NCBI RefSeq assembly: GCF_009914755.1
Contig: NC_060944.1
Length of the DNA: 64,000 nt
From: the human T2T-CHM13v2.0 reference genome, Homo sapiens
Strand: one strand, 5' to 3'
Shown: positions 23,981-38,289 of the stretch, one piece after another
Numbering within the stretch: the first letter of the stretch is position 1
Layout of the letters: every line of letters begins with the position of its first letter
Notes under the pieces: generated by a model
The model's database searches: none
What the model was told of the DNA's origin: nothing
What the model saw: only the letters and a program-made list of their open reading frames with translations
Translations under genes and position numbers: made by a program

Positions 23981-24852
23981 GGCATTGAAATGAATGAGGG
24001 ATTTACAGAAGCACATAAAGGGGCACATTTTCCTAGTGCGTCATTGAGATTTAATGCAAAGGAGTGGACCCTGGTGGAGGGATGCAGGTGAAAAGTGCTG
24101 GTTTCCCCTCTTAGGGTGACTTTTTCTTGCCTTTTTGAATGCAACTGAGTTTGGAAAAGGAGCTATGGGGTCTCCAAAGTGGCCGGACCTCCTCTCTGAG
24201 TATGAAGGGGATGCTGCTGACAGCACTGTCAGGCTGTTGACCATTACTTTGCATCTGGTGTGTAGGGTAGGGTGCAAAAGGCCAACTGTTGCTGAGTGGA
24301 GTGGACACTCAGTCCAATTAGAGCTCTCCGAGAATCTGTTTGCAGCCAACTCGCAAAGCCAGCTGGGAGAGTCTGTGCAGAATGATTCTTAAAGTGATTG
24401 CTCCTCTAGAGGGAAATGTGATTTCAGTGACCACATTTAGGGTTTGGGTAATATTGACATCGTTTTATATATAATTGTGATGATATCATTTCTTACCATA
24501 CTTAAAAAGGACTTAGAGACACTGGCTGAGCCACTTAGCTAGGACATCCCTCCCTTCTCCCTAACTGCACCTGTCTCTCACTTTGAAGTTCATATCTCAG
24601 AGCAAGACCACCCACTACTCCACCTGTTGTCATCCACAGATGCTCTGGTCCCTCCCCTTATACGTGAAGGGGATTGCAGCCACCTCCCTGCACTTTCTTC
24701 ATATAACTCCTGCTATATTCTTGGTGATTTCTGTGTCTTTTTGAATGATCTTTTCAATATCCCGAGTTCTCAGTTTTGTGACCTCCTCTCCTCCAAAGAT
24801 ACTGTATTTTTCCCTATCTCAGTCACTCAGTCCCATGGGTCATATTCTAGAC

Positions 24853-25010
24853 TATGGATTCTCAACCTTGGGGAGCTTTAGAAAATTCCACTCTGCATGC
24901 TGTGCCCCAGATCTATTAGAGCACAGTCTATTGGGATACGAGCTGGGCATCAGCATTTTAAAACTCCCCAGTTTACTTCATTGGGTAGCTAAGGTCACGA
25001 ATCCCTGCTC
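24853..25010. mobile_element. MER5A-like DNA transposon within L2
   Basis: 'ggattctcaaccttgg...gcatcagcattttaaaactcccca...gaatccctg'. Confidence 0.65.
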
Positions 25011-25330
25011 CTCACTGCATCCCCGTTGGAGCTGGATGTCCAGTGTCCTTCTCTCCGAACTACACCTACTCCTTTTCCGGCTCCCCCAACTCCAATTCAT
25101 CAATTTCATCATGACCTACATTCTTCTCACCCTTTTCAGCTCTCAGTCCCCTTTGCATCCTCACTTCCTTCCTCATCTAGTTTAGACTCCATCATGCAAT
25201 ATTAAGATCAGTCCCACGAAGACACTCTCAGCTGTCTCTCACCTCTGTTGATGCCATTAATATGGCAAGGTCTAAGCAGGTGAAATCCAACCTCCCACTT
25301 ATTTCTTCCTGCACCCAGGCAGGTAAATAT

Positions 25331-25332
<2 letters not shown>

Positions 25333-25368
<36 letters not shown>

Positions 25369-25385
25369 ACGGACACACACACACA

Positions 25386-25419
<34 letters not shown>
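25333..25419. repeat. Interrupted (CA)n microsatellite
   Basis: About 85 bp of CA repeats with GA/GG interruptions. Confidence 0.97.
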
Positions 25420-26721
25420 ACTCAATGTTCTGTTTTTATTTTAAATGCAAAACCACAGATGAGTCACGAGTCTTTGGTTCTGCCCATCAAGCCTATATTA
25501 TTCCCTAAGTCTGCCCATTATCCACTATCTGAGATGAAGACTTCACACCTCCTCCCCTTCTCGAGCCATTTACCCCTTGTCTACTGCATCTGTTTCTAGC
25601 TCTTGACCTCGTTTCCTATTTCACTAAGAAACAAACACTCATAATTGCCACATATCCCATCAACACATCCACCCGTCACACTCCTCTGAGCCCCAAGACT
25701 CTGCCTCCCTGTCCCCAAGACCCTCAGAGACCAGATCTCCATGTGTGCACTGGCATCTATGCCTCCTGTCTTCTCCAGCACAGCACCCCAGGGGGTTTGT
25801 TTTCTGCATGTCTCAGCATTGTGCTTCCTTCATCCCTTAAAATATGCAGAAACATCTCTTAACTCAACAAACGTGCACCAGAAAACCTCCCTTGGTTTCA
25901 ATGCCCCTTTTCTCATCGCCCAATTTCTCTACACCCCTTTACAATGAAACACATGGAAAGTGATCTCAGTATTCATCGCCTCCCCTTTCTCTCCTCCCAG
26001 TCTCTCAGGGATCTCTATGGTCACACTTTTGTGCCCACCCCGGGAGATCTCCAATGCCTTTTGCATTGCAAAATTTAGTGATCCATTCTCAAAAGCACTG
26101 ACCAGTTAATATTGCATTCCCCTTCTTGACTTTCTCAACCTGGCTTGGAGGCATGATTTTTCTCTTCTGTAAGTTTTCCTTCTAAGTCCGTGGCTAGTAC
26201 TTCTAAGATGTTACTTCGTTTTGTTGAATCTCTCTCATCTCTCTGCCACTAAATGTTAGAATACCCTGGGGCTCGGTCTGTGGGCCTCCTCTCCATCTGC
26301 ACACACTCTCTTGGTGATCTTCTAGTCTCCACATTTAAATGCTCTCTACGTCTCTGCTTGGATGTCTAGAGGCCATTTCAAAGCTGACATGTCTAGAGTG
26401 GAAGTCCCACCCCAAACTTTCTCTCCTAAAGTCTTTCCTATCTTAAAATGTTCTAGGAAATTTAAGCCCTGTCCTTACAGGTCCTGCAGCCAGAAATATG
26501 ATTCATCCTCAACTCATTCTTCTCTGACACCTCACACTGAATCCATCACAATGCCACTCAGCTCAACCTTCAATATATGTTGAGAATTCAACCTGCGTGA
26601 GGTCTAGCCTGCATGTGGCCTTCTGCCCTGGCCTGGAAACTGGATTTCCTGTTCCTGCTCCTGCCCTGCCACCACCTCATTGCCTAAAGTAGCCAGAGTG
26701 AATCTGTTAAAAGGTAGACGG

Positions 26722-27024
<303 letters not shown>

Positions 27025-27700
27025 TCACCTCACTCTGCTTCTAACCCTTCAGTGGCTCTTTTCTCACTCAGCTGGACACATGAAAATATAAGTGAAGGAC
27101 CTTGTAAGCCATGCCAAAGGGCAGGCTCTTGAGGCTGGAGAACTACAGGGCAAGGGGAGATAAAAGACAATGAGAATAATAATGAAAGGAACAGGTCATG
27201 CGGCCAGTAAGCAGGTGCTGAAGGTTCCAGCCTCGTCCCTCTGATATCAGAGCATGTGCTTTATTCAGTTCACTCTATTGCCAGCCAGGGAAAACTTCTT
27301 AGGGCAGGGTCACCGTGCAGTGGGGCTTTGGAGGTCACAAAGGTGGGTTGGTTGTAGGGGAGAGAGAGTAGCACGGCAGATGAAGAAAATCTCATTGAGT
27401 ATATTCTAGCCTAGGAAAAGCCAACACATCAAAAATACAGAGAGTGGCTGGAATAGGCAAAGGCTAGGAATGACCTCTGGTCTTTGCTATTTTGTGCCAG
27501 GACCTCTGCACTCCGCCCGTGAATGGGGTGAAGGTGAGGGACCGAGACTGTCAATGCAAAGCTATTGTTGCTCTTAAAGAGCTTACTGTTTGGAAAACTT
27601 GCCAAAAACCTCCAAGAAGGTTCTGAACTGGTAGGTGTCAACCTTGCAACACACAGTTTGGTTCAAGGCAAGTCTTGTACAAGAGGACTCATTGATACCA

Positions 27701-27955
27701 GAGGCCAAGGCAGGAGAATGGCAGGAGTTCAAGACTAGCCTGGGCAACAAAGTGAGACCCAGTCTCTACAAAAATAACAAATAAAATATTAGCTGGGCAT
27801 GATGGCATGCTTCTGTAGTTCCAGCTTCTGGAGAGGCTGAGGCAGGAGGAGCGCTTGAGCTGGGAGGCCAGGGCTACAGTGGATGAGCTATGATCACATC
27901 ATTGCACTCCAGCCTAAATGACAGGGCAAGACCCTGTCTCAAAAAGATAAAATAA
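27701..27955 (+). mobile_element. AluJ, 5'-truncated
   Basis: AluJ-type right arm 'gcttgagctgggagg...gagctatgatcac'. Confidence 0.9.
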
Positions 27956-29474
27956 TTTGGAGACAATATCTGGCTTTCTTCATACTTAGCCCAAGGCAAC
28001 TCAAGTGTTACATCTAAGGCCGTCTCGGAGTTCACTTGCATCTTTTCTATCTCCCTACTTCTGGATTCCTTTGAATCTAGCATTAATCCAGGAGTCTAGA
28101 TTATTGATTATTGGTTATTTCACTCATTCCCACATCTTAATCGGTAGCCTCTTATGTGCAAGGCAGCTAGCCGTTGGGCGTTGGGAGCCAGACAAGCTCC
28201 TGATTTTTACTGAATTCCCCCACACTGAGAGTCCCAATGCCAAGTCTCTGGAATAACCCTTCTGATGCAGTCATCCAAAATCTGTCTTCACAAGGGTTTC
28301 TGCAAGGCTTCCCTCTGCAGCTTCCTCACATCTCGGCTGTATGTTGTCTACGTGAGGGGCACAGGAGATTGGTGACAGGCATCGAAAGTACCAGAGATGC
28401 TCACTCAGAGCCTTAGAAATGCCTAGACCGTTCCTGGTGCATAGACAGCATCGATATTTTCGCTGCTCCATTTTTACTGCAACAAATATGAACAACAATT
28501 AAATCCATTTTCGTGGGATAATTGCCTGCAACCTGATGTCCTTGTAAGACACATTCTGCAACTTCAGTCATGTGGATTACACAGCACTATTTAAAACCTT
28601 CCCATTACCAGATAAGGTGGAGGGAAGGAGGAAAGAGCCAATCCATGGCCAAGTCCATTCCTAGATTGTCCAGCCTTTTGTGTCTGTTATTAAGCCCTTC
28701 AAAAGTACACTGCTTCCCTGGAGAGAAAATATATTTACATAGTTCCCAATCACTCCACCAGAGCAGCAGTGGCCTCAAGATAAACCTCCCAGCACCAGGG
28801 AAGAGGGGATTACACACACCACAACGAAGTCCAATTATATTGAAAACTAACAGCTAAATTTCTCTGCCCCTGCAGTTCCTAGAGTGTGAAGAGAGAAGGA
28901 ACAAACGGAAGAAAAAAATTGTTGTAGCGCCTTAATGATGAGTGTGTGAGAAGCAGCCAGTTCCCTGTTCCTGCCGTTCATTTTCTGTGTATCGGTCCCT
29001 AACGAGGATTGGCAAGATCTGGAGATTCTCCTGGTCCCTCCTCGTGCCCTCTTTCCCTTATTCAAAGCACTGTGAGCCTCTCTTGCTTGGTTCCAGTTGC
29101 CTTGGAATGTGTTTTGGAAGAAATGTCCTGGATAGTCTCCAGGCTTCTTTATATTCTTTCTTTTTAGTAATTAACTTTGTATTGAGTTCTCCCACCAAAA
29201 TGAACAGCCAGGCCTTCCTTCCAGATAGAAATTGTGGCAAGAAACAAATGGGAGTTGAAATAAATAACATCGTGTTGCTTGATAAATGTATTTGCAGTAG
29301 CAACAGAGACTGCCACCCAAGGAGTTCTAATTACGAATCTGACCCTGTAGAGCCAATGCCACAGTTGCTACAGAAAATAAATAGGCTAAGCAGGGCCTGG
29401 GGTTGGTTATTTCCATAGACTTGTCCTGGAAATGTTAATCAAAGCAAACCAGAGGGAGCAGGGAGCCAGGGTTA

Positions 29475-29716
<242 letters not shown>

Positions 29717-29802
29717 TCACTCTTTCTTTATGGAAACTATGCCTACCTGTGTATTTTCTTTGTGAAATATGATTTCACACTTTAGCTTATAAAAGAGGTT
29801 TT

Positions 29803-30092
<290 letters not shown>

Positions 30093-31096
30093 TAAAAGGG
30101 GTTTTAAAATTTGTTGTGGGGGGCGGGGAGGATTGGTAAAGGCTAGGAAATTCATTTAAAAAGAAGACCCAATGTTTGTCATGGCATCTTCAACTTCCAC
30201 CCTCAGGGATGGAGGGAGATGTGCACTTGGCCTTTTCTAGTTGGACAGGTGTGCAGGTGAGGGCAGGACTCCTGGGGGCTTTAATCGGCCAGGGTTTGCC
30301 TGGTGCACACTGCCAAGAAGGTGAAAAGACGCAGGATAGGGATCTCCTATAGGCGGTAAAGGGATGGGTCAGGTGTAAGTCATCACACGCTCCTAAGCCC
30401 TGAGCAAATCACCCAGGATCCGGTGGAGATGACATTGTCATGACAATTCTGTCCTTCCTTCTGCCTTCCACGCACCAGGTAGAGGGGTAGGGCGACTGTC
30501 AGAGTTCACTCATGACACAGAGCCCCTCTGCTGGGTCAAGCAGGAAGGGATTCAGGACCGGGAAATCAGATGCTTACAGGTCATTGTTGAAAGTGCTGAG
30601 GAGGGGCTCTGGCTGGCTCCGGGTTTTCTCGAGCACTGTGTAGCAAACCTGCCAGGACAGCACTGACTACCACAGCCAGGACGGTTCAGAAGCCTGGAGA
30701 CCAGGAGTCTGCCAGTGGAGTCAGCACACCTGCTTTTCACCTGTGATCCCAGGAGAGGAAGCAGCTGCCTCGGAGGCCTCAGGCTCAGTGGCCTATCTTT
30801 ACCCCAATGCATGCAGGTCAGAATGTAGCTGAACAGCAGCCTAGGGTCCTGCCCTGCTGCCAGCGGGAAGAAGAAAACAGCCAAAGCAGGAGGTGACCCT
30901 ACCTACCCCTCCACCTCCACCTCGGGCCCAATTTGCATCCTGAGTCCCTGCACGGGGGCCTGCCAGGGGGACTTCACATGCTCAGCTGATGCAGGTGGAG
31001 GGGAAGGGAGAAGGCTGCCTGGATGCGGGGCCTGTCCACCCCTTCCACCCCATACAGCATCTGGTTCTGGTGTGGGTCCTCTCCTCCTCTTTCTCT

Positions 31097-31128
<32 letters not shown>
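31097..31128. repeat. (CA)n microsatellite
   Basis: About 14 CA units. Confidence 0.95.
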
Positions 31129-31131
<3 letters not shown>

Positions 31132-31572
31132 AAACACCCAGTCTCACACGTCTGATGCTGCCCCACACGTGTCGCCAACATCAGCCTTTGTCCAGCCTCA
31201 GCCTCTTTCCTCTCTGAGGGTTTGGCCACATCCACTGGCACTGCATTTCTTCCCTGCAATTTTGCTACGTCTAAGTATTGTCTCTATTATGATCTAGTTT
31301 TTGTCACCTTAGTTGACTTGTTAAGCTGAAATAGTTATTTCAAAAGGAACCAGTTACACAGATGGAAAGCCAGTGTCATTTGTATTAATAGGAGATAACG
31401 GAATGATTAATACAATAAAAAGGGAATGCATCTTTATGAAATATTAATTATCAAAGGCTCTGAGTCCAAGGACTGTGCTCTTTACTGAAAAGATAAATGA
31501 GTAAAGTGAGGTGTCAAAGATACATTATTCTGAAACTGAGCCTTTTTCATCAGATGGATCAAAAAGCAATTA

Positions 31573-32075
31573 CAGTTGAGCCTTGAACAACAGGGGGCTT
31601 GACCTGCATGGGTCCCCCTACATGCTGGTGGTCTTCTACCTCCGCCACCCCAGAGACAGCAGGACCACCTCCACTTCCTCCTCAGTCTACTCAATGCAAA
31701 GACCATGAGGATGAAGACCCTATGACAGTCCACTTCCACTTAATGAATAGTGGAATATGAACAGAGAAAATCTATATGAATAGAGAAAATCTATATGAAT
31801 AGAGAAAATGAATAGAGAATATGAATTGAGAAAATCCATTTTCTCTTATTTTCTTAACATTTTCTCTTTTCTAGCTTTATTGCAAGAACACAGGATACAT
31901 ATAACATACAAAATGTTTTAATCAACTGTTGGTTATTAGTATGACTTCCAGCCAAGAGTAGGCTATTAGTAGTTAAACTTTTGGGGAGTCAACAGTTACT
32001 TGTGGATTTTCACTTGTGCAGGGGGCGGTGGGGCAGTTGGTCCCCTAATCCCCCACGGTGTTCAAGAGTCAAATG
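31573..32075 (+). mobile_element. Tigger2a (MER28)-like DNA transposon
   Basis: TIRs CAGTTGAGCCTTGAACA ... TGTTCAAGAGTCAAATG with TA at the left end. Internal short tandem expansion (ATATGAATAGAGAAAATCT)n at ~31756-31835. Confidence 0.88.
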
Positions 32076-32129
32076 TGTGAAAGGGTAATACACATTGCTG
32101 TGCCTGCCAGCTGAGACGATACAGGACAA

Positions 32130-32310
32130 CAGTGGTCATCAGCTTATACTTTTTCATTTCTCATTTAATTTTTCAAACTATCCTGGAATACGTATTATTC
32201 CCAGTTTAAGATGGGGAAGTTGAGATGCAAGAAGAAATTGGACACGGTTCCAGATTGAGGAAGTGGGGGTGCTGGACCTGTACCCAGCTTCTTGACCTGA
32301 GTCCTGGGGG
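32130..32310 (-). mobile_element. MIR
   Basis: 'tattattcccagtttaagatggggaagttgag' is a degenerate MIR core. Confidence 0.6.
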
Positions 32311-32528
32311 CTCCATATGAATCAGAAGGGGGCAACCGTGTGTCAAAGCCCTCAGCTCCCAGCATTAGACTCATGCTTACGACATGCAGCTTTCACCCCT
32401 CTTTGATCAAGAGAGGGTTTCTTCTGTAATGTTTCCCCCATTCTGAGATCTCAAGGCAGTTTACCTCAAGGGACATGGTGATGGCTCTTTTCAATCTCTG
32501 GGTTGGTTCTTAACATGAAAGACCACAT

Positions 32529-32907
<379 letters not shown>

Positions 32908-34339
32908 TCATAAACATTTTCCTTTCTCAAGTGTCAGGGACAGGGAATCAAAGCGGCACATGCTGACCTTTCTCCACAAAACGGAGCCTCCCGGCCCCGG
33001 GGCCATCTGTCTCCATTGATGCACGGCAGCTAGAAAGATGAGGACTCAGACCTGGGAAGTCTCTCAGAGCAGCTCTCTGGCAGGCCTGTGGCTCATTTTT
33101 AATTGCTCAGCAGTGAAAATTATAGAGGAGAATAGAATGTCTGCCCTGGCAGTTGGACGATTTTCTTACCAGTAACCTGAGGATGTGACCTGGTGGGCTC
33201 TGCAGAAAGAGAGGAGAGTTGTAAGTCTGTCACCTGTGAACATCTGGCAGAGGTTATTATGCATGCAAATTTTATGCATGAAATTCAAAGATGGAGGCCG
33301 ACACCCCCTCCCCCCGCAAGTTTTATGACCTGTGGATAAGTTATGCGTGAGTTATGCATCTGACTAACGTAGGGGCAGACCCGGGAGCGTCTGTCTGGGT
33401 ATTTCCAGCTAGCTGTGTCTCTGGTTCTGAGCAGGAGGATTGATAACCCTCCAGGCTCTGCTCTACATCTTTCCCTTCCTACCACCTTCCCTCCCTCCCT
33501 CCTTCTTTCATTCAGCAAATGTTGAAAATGCAGCCACAATGCACCAGGTGCTATGCTGTACACCAGAGATACAACCACCCAAAAGAGAGACCTGGTTTCT
33601 GCTTCCAGCTGGCAACGTAGCATGCTAGTTGAGGACGCAGACCTGAAGTCCAGGGGTCTAAGTCCCAGTTCTGCATCCACGACTTCTTCCTACCTGTGCA
33701 AACCTCGGGAAGTTACCTGGCTCCATTCTGCCCCATCTGGAAGTAGAATTGTGCTCACCTTCTAGGCTGTGTTTGTGAGGACAGGAGGTACATACACTTA
33801 AGGGAAGCAGGCCTAATTCCAGGGAGACTAGGAATATGCATGTTGGGGTCTTTTTCCTCCCCAATTTTGGGGCTGTGCGGGAAGAGAAGATGGAAGTGGG
33901 ACCCACCCACTTCGTCTAAGCCTCAAGTGGAGAACTGAGTGATGGAGGGCAAAATGTATAAATGGATGCAGCAAAGGGGCCTGGGGCCTTTTGTCTGAGA
34001 AGTTTCTGCAAACAAAGAAAGTGAGACCAAAGTCAAATGGGTCCCTCCATGATCCTTTGTGGTCAGTCTGTTTAGCTCAGTTCTCTGCCTTTGGCAGAGC
34101 ACAGGGGAGCAGGATCCATCATCCATGGGAAGGAGACAAGGACTATGCAGGGTGGCTGTGCCCCAGCTGATCTTCAGGCAGGAGCCTAGCACCCACGTAA
34201 ACTAGAGAGAGAGCTGCCCAGAGATGCCGCCGCAGTTATCCAGGAAGGGGAGGCAGCAGGAGGCAGGAGAGATTTGACTAGTGAGGACCAAAGCTCAGGG
34301 GCTACAAACACACAACACCTGTACCTGGGAGAACGAGAC

Positions 34340-34670
34340 AGAGCTTGGTCCTACCACCAGCCAGTGAGGCTTTTGACTTGCCCTCTGCCCTGTCTTCTTT
34401 CAGGTCCAATGTCATCTTCTCAGTAAGGGCATTTCTGGGCACCCTATTCACCATCGCACGCCCTGCACCCACTCTCTTCTCCACTCTGCTTTCCCCTTTA
34501 GCTGTGGTCACACCAAATGTATTATGCATTTTATTTCTTTATATTGTCCACTGGGGTTCTACCTATGAGGATCCAGGTAGGAGTTCTCACCGTCTTGCTC
34601 ACAGTACCTGGCACAGGGTAAGCCCCTGACAAATCATTCTTAAATAAATGGATAGATGGGTGAATGAAGA
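34340..34670 (+). mobile_element. L2 3' fragment
   Basis: Ends 'cacagtacctggcacagggtaagccc...aaataaatggatagatgggtgaatgaa', the typical L2 3' terminus. Confidence 0.75.
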
Positions 34671-35079
34671 GTGGGTGTCCTGATCAAGTTTGCTCACACA
34701 TTAGGCTTATAACCTCTTTAGAAAGGGGCATCTGTCACTCTGATGGCCCTGAAAATATCTCATAATCTGTCTTTCCAATTTTCCCTATAATGTATTTTCT
34801 TAAAGTAAACTTCAGTTAGAGTAAATTTCCTATAGAATTAAATGTGAAAAATCCTAGTGCTTTGTACCAGGTCAGAATTAACTTTCATAAAGATGACCTC
34901 GGAGCTGTCCCTTTTCACATCTTTTTTTCAGGGAACCATGAGTAAAAGTATAAAGACATTTAAAAAATTTTCCTTAAGGAAAAGAGATGCTAAAGTCTTC
35001 TCTAGTCTACATTAGACAGAAGAAATTGAGCCAGGACCTTGGGTTGGAAATTCTTATCTGTATATGTATTTACTCCTTT

Positions 35080-35500
35080 GCTTAATCATTCTCTCAGTCA
35101 ACACATATTTTGTACTCCCTAGGTGCTAGGTGTGATATGAAGTACAGGCAGTGATGAGTAAGCTGTGCTCTTGGACTGAATGCTTTGAAGGTCAAGGAGG
35201 ACAATGGTGGGGGAGAGGACATTGGCTGTAGACAACAGGGAGTTGCAGGTGGTCTTCTGGTGGGCCTCTGTGTGAGTCCACTGAGAGTCAAGGCAAAGAT
35301 GTAAAGAGTGATGAAGGTATGAACAGAAAGAATTGAGGTAGCAAGGGGAGGATACATTTTTTGAGAATTTTGGAGGTGAAGAGGAGAAGTCAAGGGTTGT
35401 ATTGGGAGGAAAGAGCAGGGTTGAAGTTTGGGAATTGAAGTGATTATGAATATGTTGTAAGTACGTGGGATGTAGCCAATGGAGGGAAGAGCTGATGATG
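35080..35500 (-). mobile_element. L2 fragment
   Basis: 'cattctctcagtcaacacatattttgtactccctaggtgctagg' resembles an antisense L2 3' end. Confidence 0.6.
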
Positions 35501-36501
35501 TGGGGAAGCCACTAACCCACTAAATCCCTTTCCCGCATCACAGGCCCTGCTGAAAGGGTTGACAATGAAGACTCTCAGGCCACCGTAACTCATGGAGAAG
35601 CCCTGAGCATCTGGCCCGCTTGTAAGCGAAGGAATGTGCTGGCATCAGGGCTGGGTGGGATTTCATTTTCCTCCTATCAAGTTACCCTTAGCCCTGGTAT
35701 CGTGGAGAAGTTTGTAGCCACGGGCATGCCATCCAACGGAGGCAGCCTCTACACTTGTGCCCTGAAAAATCTAAAGCAAAATAAGTCATTTGGCAAATAC
35801 ATGTGGGTGCCTGAAACAAGCCAAAAGACTTCAGCGTTCAGGATGTGCAAGCCACATTAATAATAATGAGAAGGAACCAGGTCATCTGTTTCCTGATGCT
35901 CAGTCCTGGCAGCCTCTTAGGTGGAACAGGGGCCAGACGCTGGCTAGAGAGCTCTTACCTAGAGTTATTGGTCTGTGTGTTGAGACATGGGGCGTCTCCT
36001 GGTGGCCTGAGTGGGATGAGGACATCAGCTGAGCAGCAGTGGTGCTGCTCTGCAGCTTCAGCTTACGTGTTGTCCCAGCCACATAGCGCTGGAAGAAACC
36101 TGCCTGGAATGTGATCAAGTGAGTTCTCAGGAGTGGGGAGGTCACACGTGCTGCATTTTGATGCTGACTTTTTATATTCAAAGCAATTTGCCCAGGTGAG
36201 CTCAGTACAAGTATTGCATTACCTGATGGTTTATGGATAAAATACCTGGATGTACAACTTAGTTGTCTCAAATTCAGCAAAGTTGTTATAGTCTAAGTGA
36301 TGGGGGTGGGGGGTGTTCAGTAGAGGTCTGAAATCCTGAAATCTGGGATTACAGTGATTCTCATAGGGAGATTTCAGGCACTTTTCTGTCATCCACTACC
36401 TGCCCTTCTGCCACTGCAGGGTCTAGTTATCTTTATCTCCTCTGAGGTCTGAGTTCTACATTCACTTGTTTCCTCATTTATTCATTAACAATATTCATTT
36501 C

Positions 36502-38280
36502 TTAGCCAAGGATGGTGGTGCACACCTGTACTTCCAGCTACTCAGGAGGCTGAGGTGGAAGGATTGAAAATCCATCCATCTGTCGTCCTACCCATCCTGC
36601 TATCCATCCATCCATCCATCCTCCCATAATCTATCTTCCCATCCATTTGTCCTTCCTTCCTTCCTTCCTTCCTTCCTTCCTTCCACCCATCCATCCTCCC
36701 ATGCATCCTCCCATGCATCCTCCCATCCATCCACCCAACCATCCTCCCATCCATCCTCACATCCATCTTCGCATCCATCCATCCATCCATCTATCGATCC
36801 ATCCATCCATCCTCCCATCCATCCTCCCATCCATTATCCCATTCATCCATCCTCCTATCCATCCATCCATCCATCCACCCTCTCATCCATCCATCCTCCC
36901 ATCCATCCACCCTTCCATCCATCCATCCACCCACCCTTCCATCCATCCATCCTCCCATCCATCCATCCTCCCATTCATCTATCCATCCATCCCTCGATCC
37001 TCCCATCCATCCATCCTCCCATCCATCCATCCATCCTCCCATCCATCCATCCACCCTCCCATCCATCCATCCTCCCATCCATCTACCCTCCCATCCATCC
37101 ATCCTCCCATCCACCCTCCCATCCATCCATCCATCCATCCACCCTCTCATCCATCCATCCTCCCATCCGTCCATCCATCCTTCCATCCACCCTCCCATCC
37201 ATCCATCCTCCCATCCATCCATCCTCCCATCCATCTACCCTCCCATCCATCCATCCTCCCACCCACCCTCCCATCCATCCACCCTCCCATCCATCCATCC
37301 TCCCATCCATCTATCCATCCATCCTCCCATCCTCCCATCCATCCATCATCCATCCATCCATCCATCCATCCTCCCATAATCTATCTTCCCATCCATTTGT
37401 CCTTCCTTCCTTCCTTCCTTCCTTCCTTCCTTCCTTCCTTCCTTCCACCCATCCATCCTCCCATTCATCCTCCCATGCATCCTCCCATCCATCCACCCAA
37501 CCATCCTCCCATCCATCCTCACATCCATCTTCGCATCCATCCATCCATCCATCCATCTATCCATCCATCCTCCCATCCATCCTCCCATCCTCCCATCCAT
37601 TCTCCCATTCATCCATCCTCCCATCCATCCTCCTATCCATCCATCCATCCATCCACCCTCCCATCCATCCATCCTCCCATCCATCCACCCTTCCATCCAT
37701 CCATCCACCCACCCTTCCATCCATCCACCCTCCCATCCATCCATCCTCCCATTCATCTATCCATCCATCCCTCGATCCTCCCATCCATCCATCCATCCTC
37801 CCATCCATCCATCCATCCTTCCATCCACCCTCCCATCCATCCATCCTCCCATCCATCTACCCTCCCATCCATCCATCCTCCCACCCACCCTCCCATCCAT
37901 CCACCCTCCCATCCATCCATCCTCCCATCCATCTATCCATCCATCCTCCCATCCTCCCATCCATCCATCCATCCATCCATCCATCCATCCATCCATCCAT
38001 CCTCCCATCCTCCCATCCTCCCATCCATCGTCCCATGTGTACATCTGTCCTGCCATCTATCCATACATCCATTTCTCCGTCCTCCCATCCATCTTCCCAT
38101 CCATTCATCCATCCATCTTCCCATCCATTCATCCATCCATCCTGCCATCCATCCTTCCATTGATCCATCCATCCATCCTGCAGGAGACCAGGAGTTCAAG
38201 GCTGCCGTGAGTTATAATTGTGCCACTGCACTACAGCTTAAGTGACAGAGAGAGAAACCATCTCCAAAAATGAAAAAAAG
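36502..38280 (+). mobile_element. AluJ-type right monomer (FRAM-like or truncated) split into 36502-36566 and ~38185-38280 by a simple-repeat array
   Basis: The two pieces are collinear ('...ggaggctgaggtggaaggattg' then 'gagaccaggagttcaaggctgccgtgag...'). TSD ATATTCATTTC (36491-36501) / ATATTGATTTC (38284-38294). Confidence 0.88.
36571..38178. repeat. ~1.6-kb complex (CCAT)n/(CCTCCCAT)n array with two (CCTT)n blocks and a ~750-bp higher-order duplication
   Basis: Landmark CTCCCATAATCTATCTTCCCATCCATTTGT at 36621 and 37371. (CCTT)8 at 36651 and (CCTT)11 at 37401. Confidence 0.97.
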
Positions 38281-38289
38281 AATATATTG

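Noticed and set aside
36647-38245. 532-aa Pro/His/Ser/Ile-rich ORF (and the many MDGW/MGGW ORFs on the minus strand)
   Set aside because: CCAT/CCTT repeats rarely generate stop codons. The ORF begins at a non-ATG codon in the repeat and ends in Alu sequence, so it is a low-complexity artefact.
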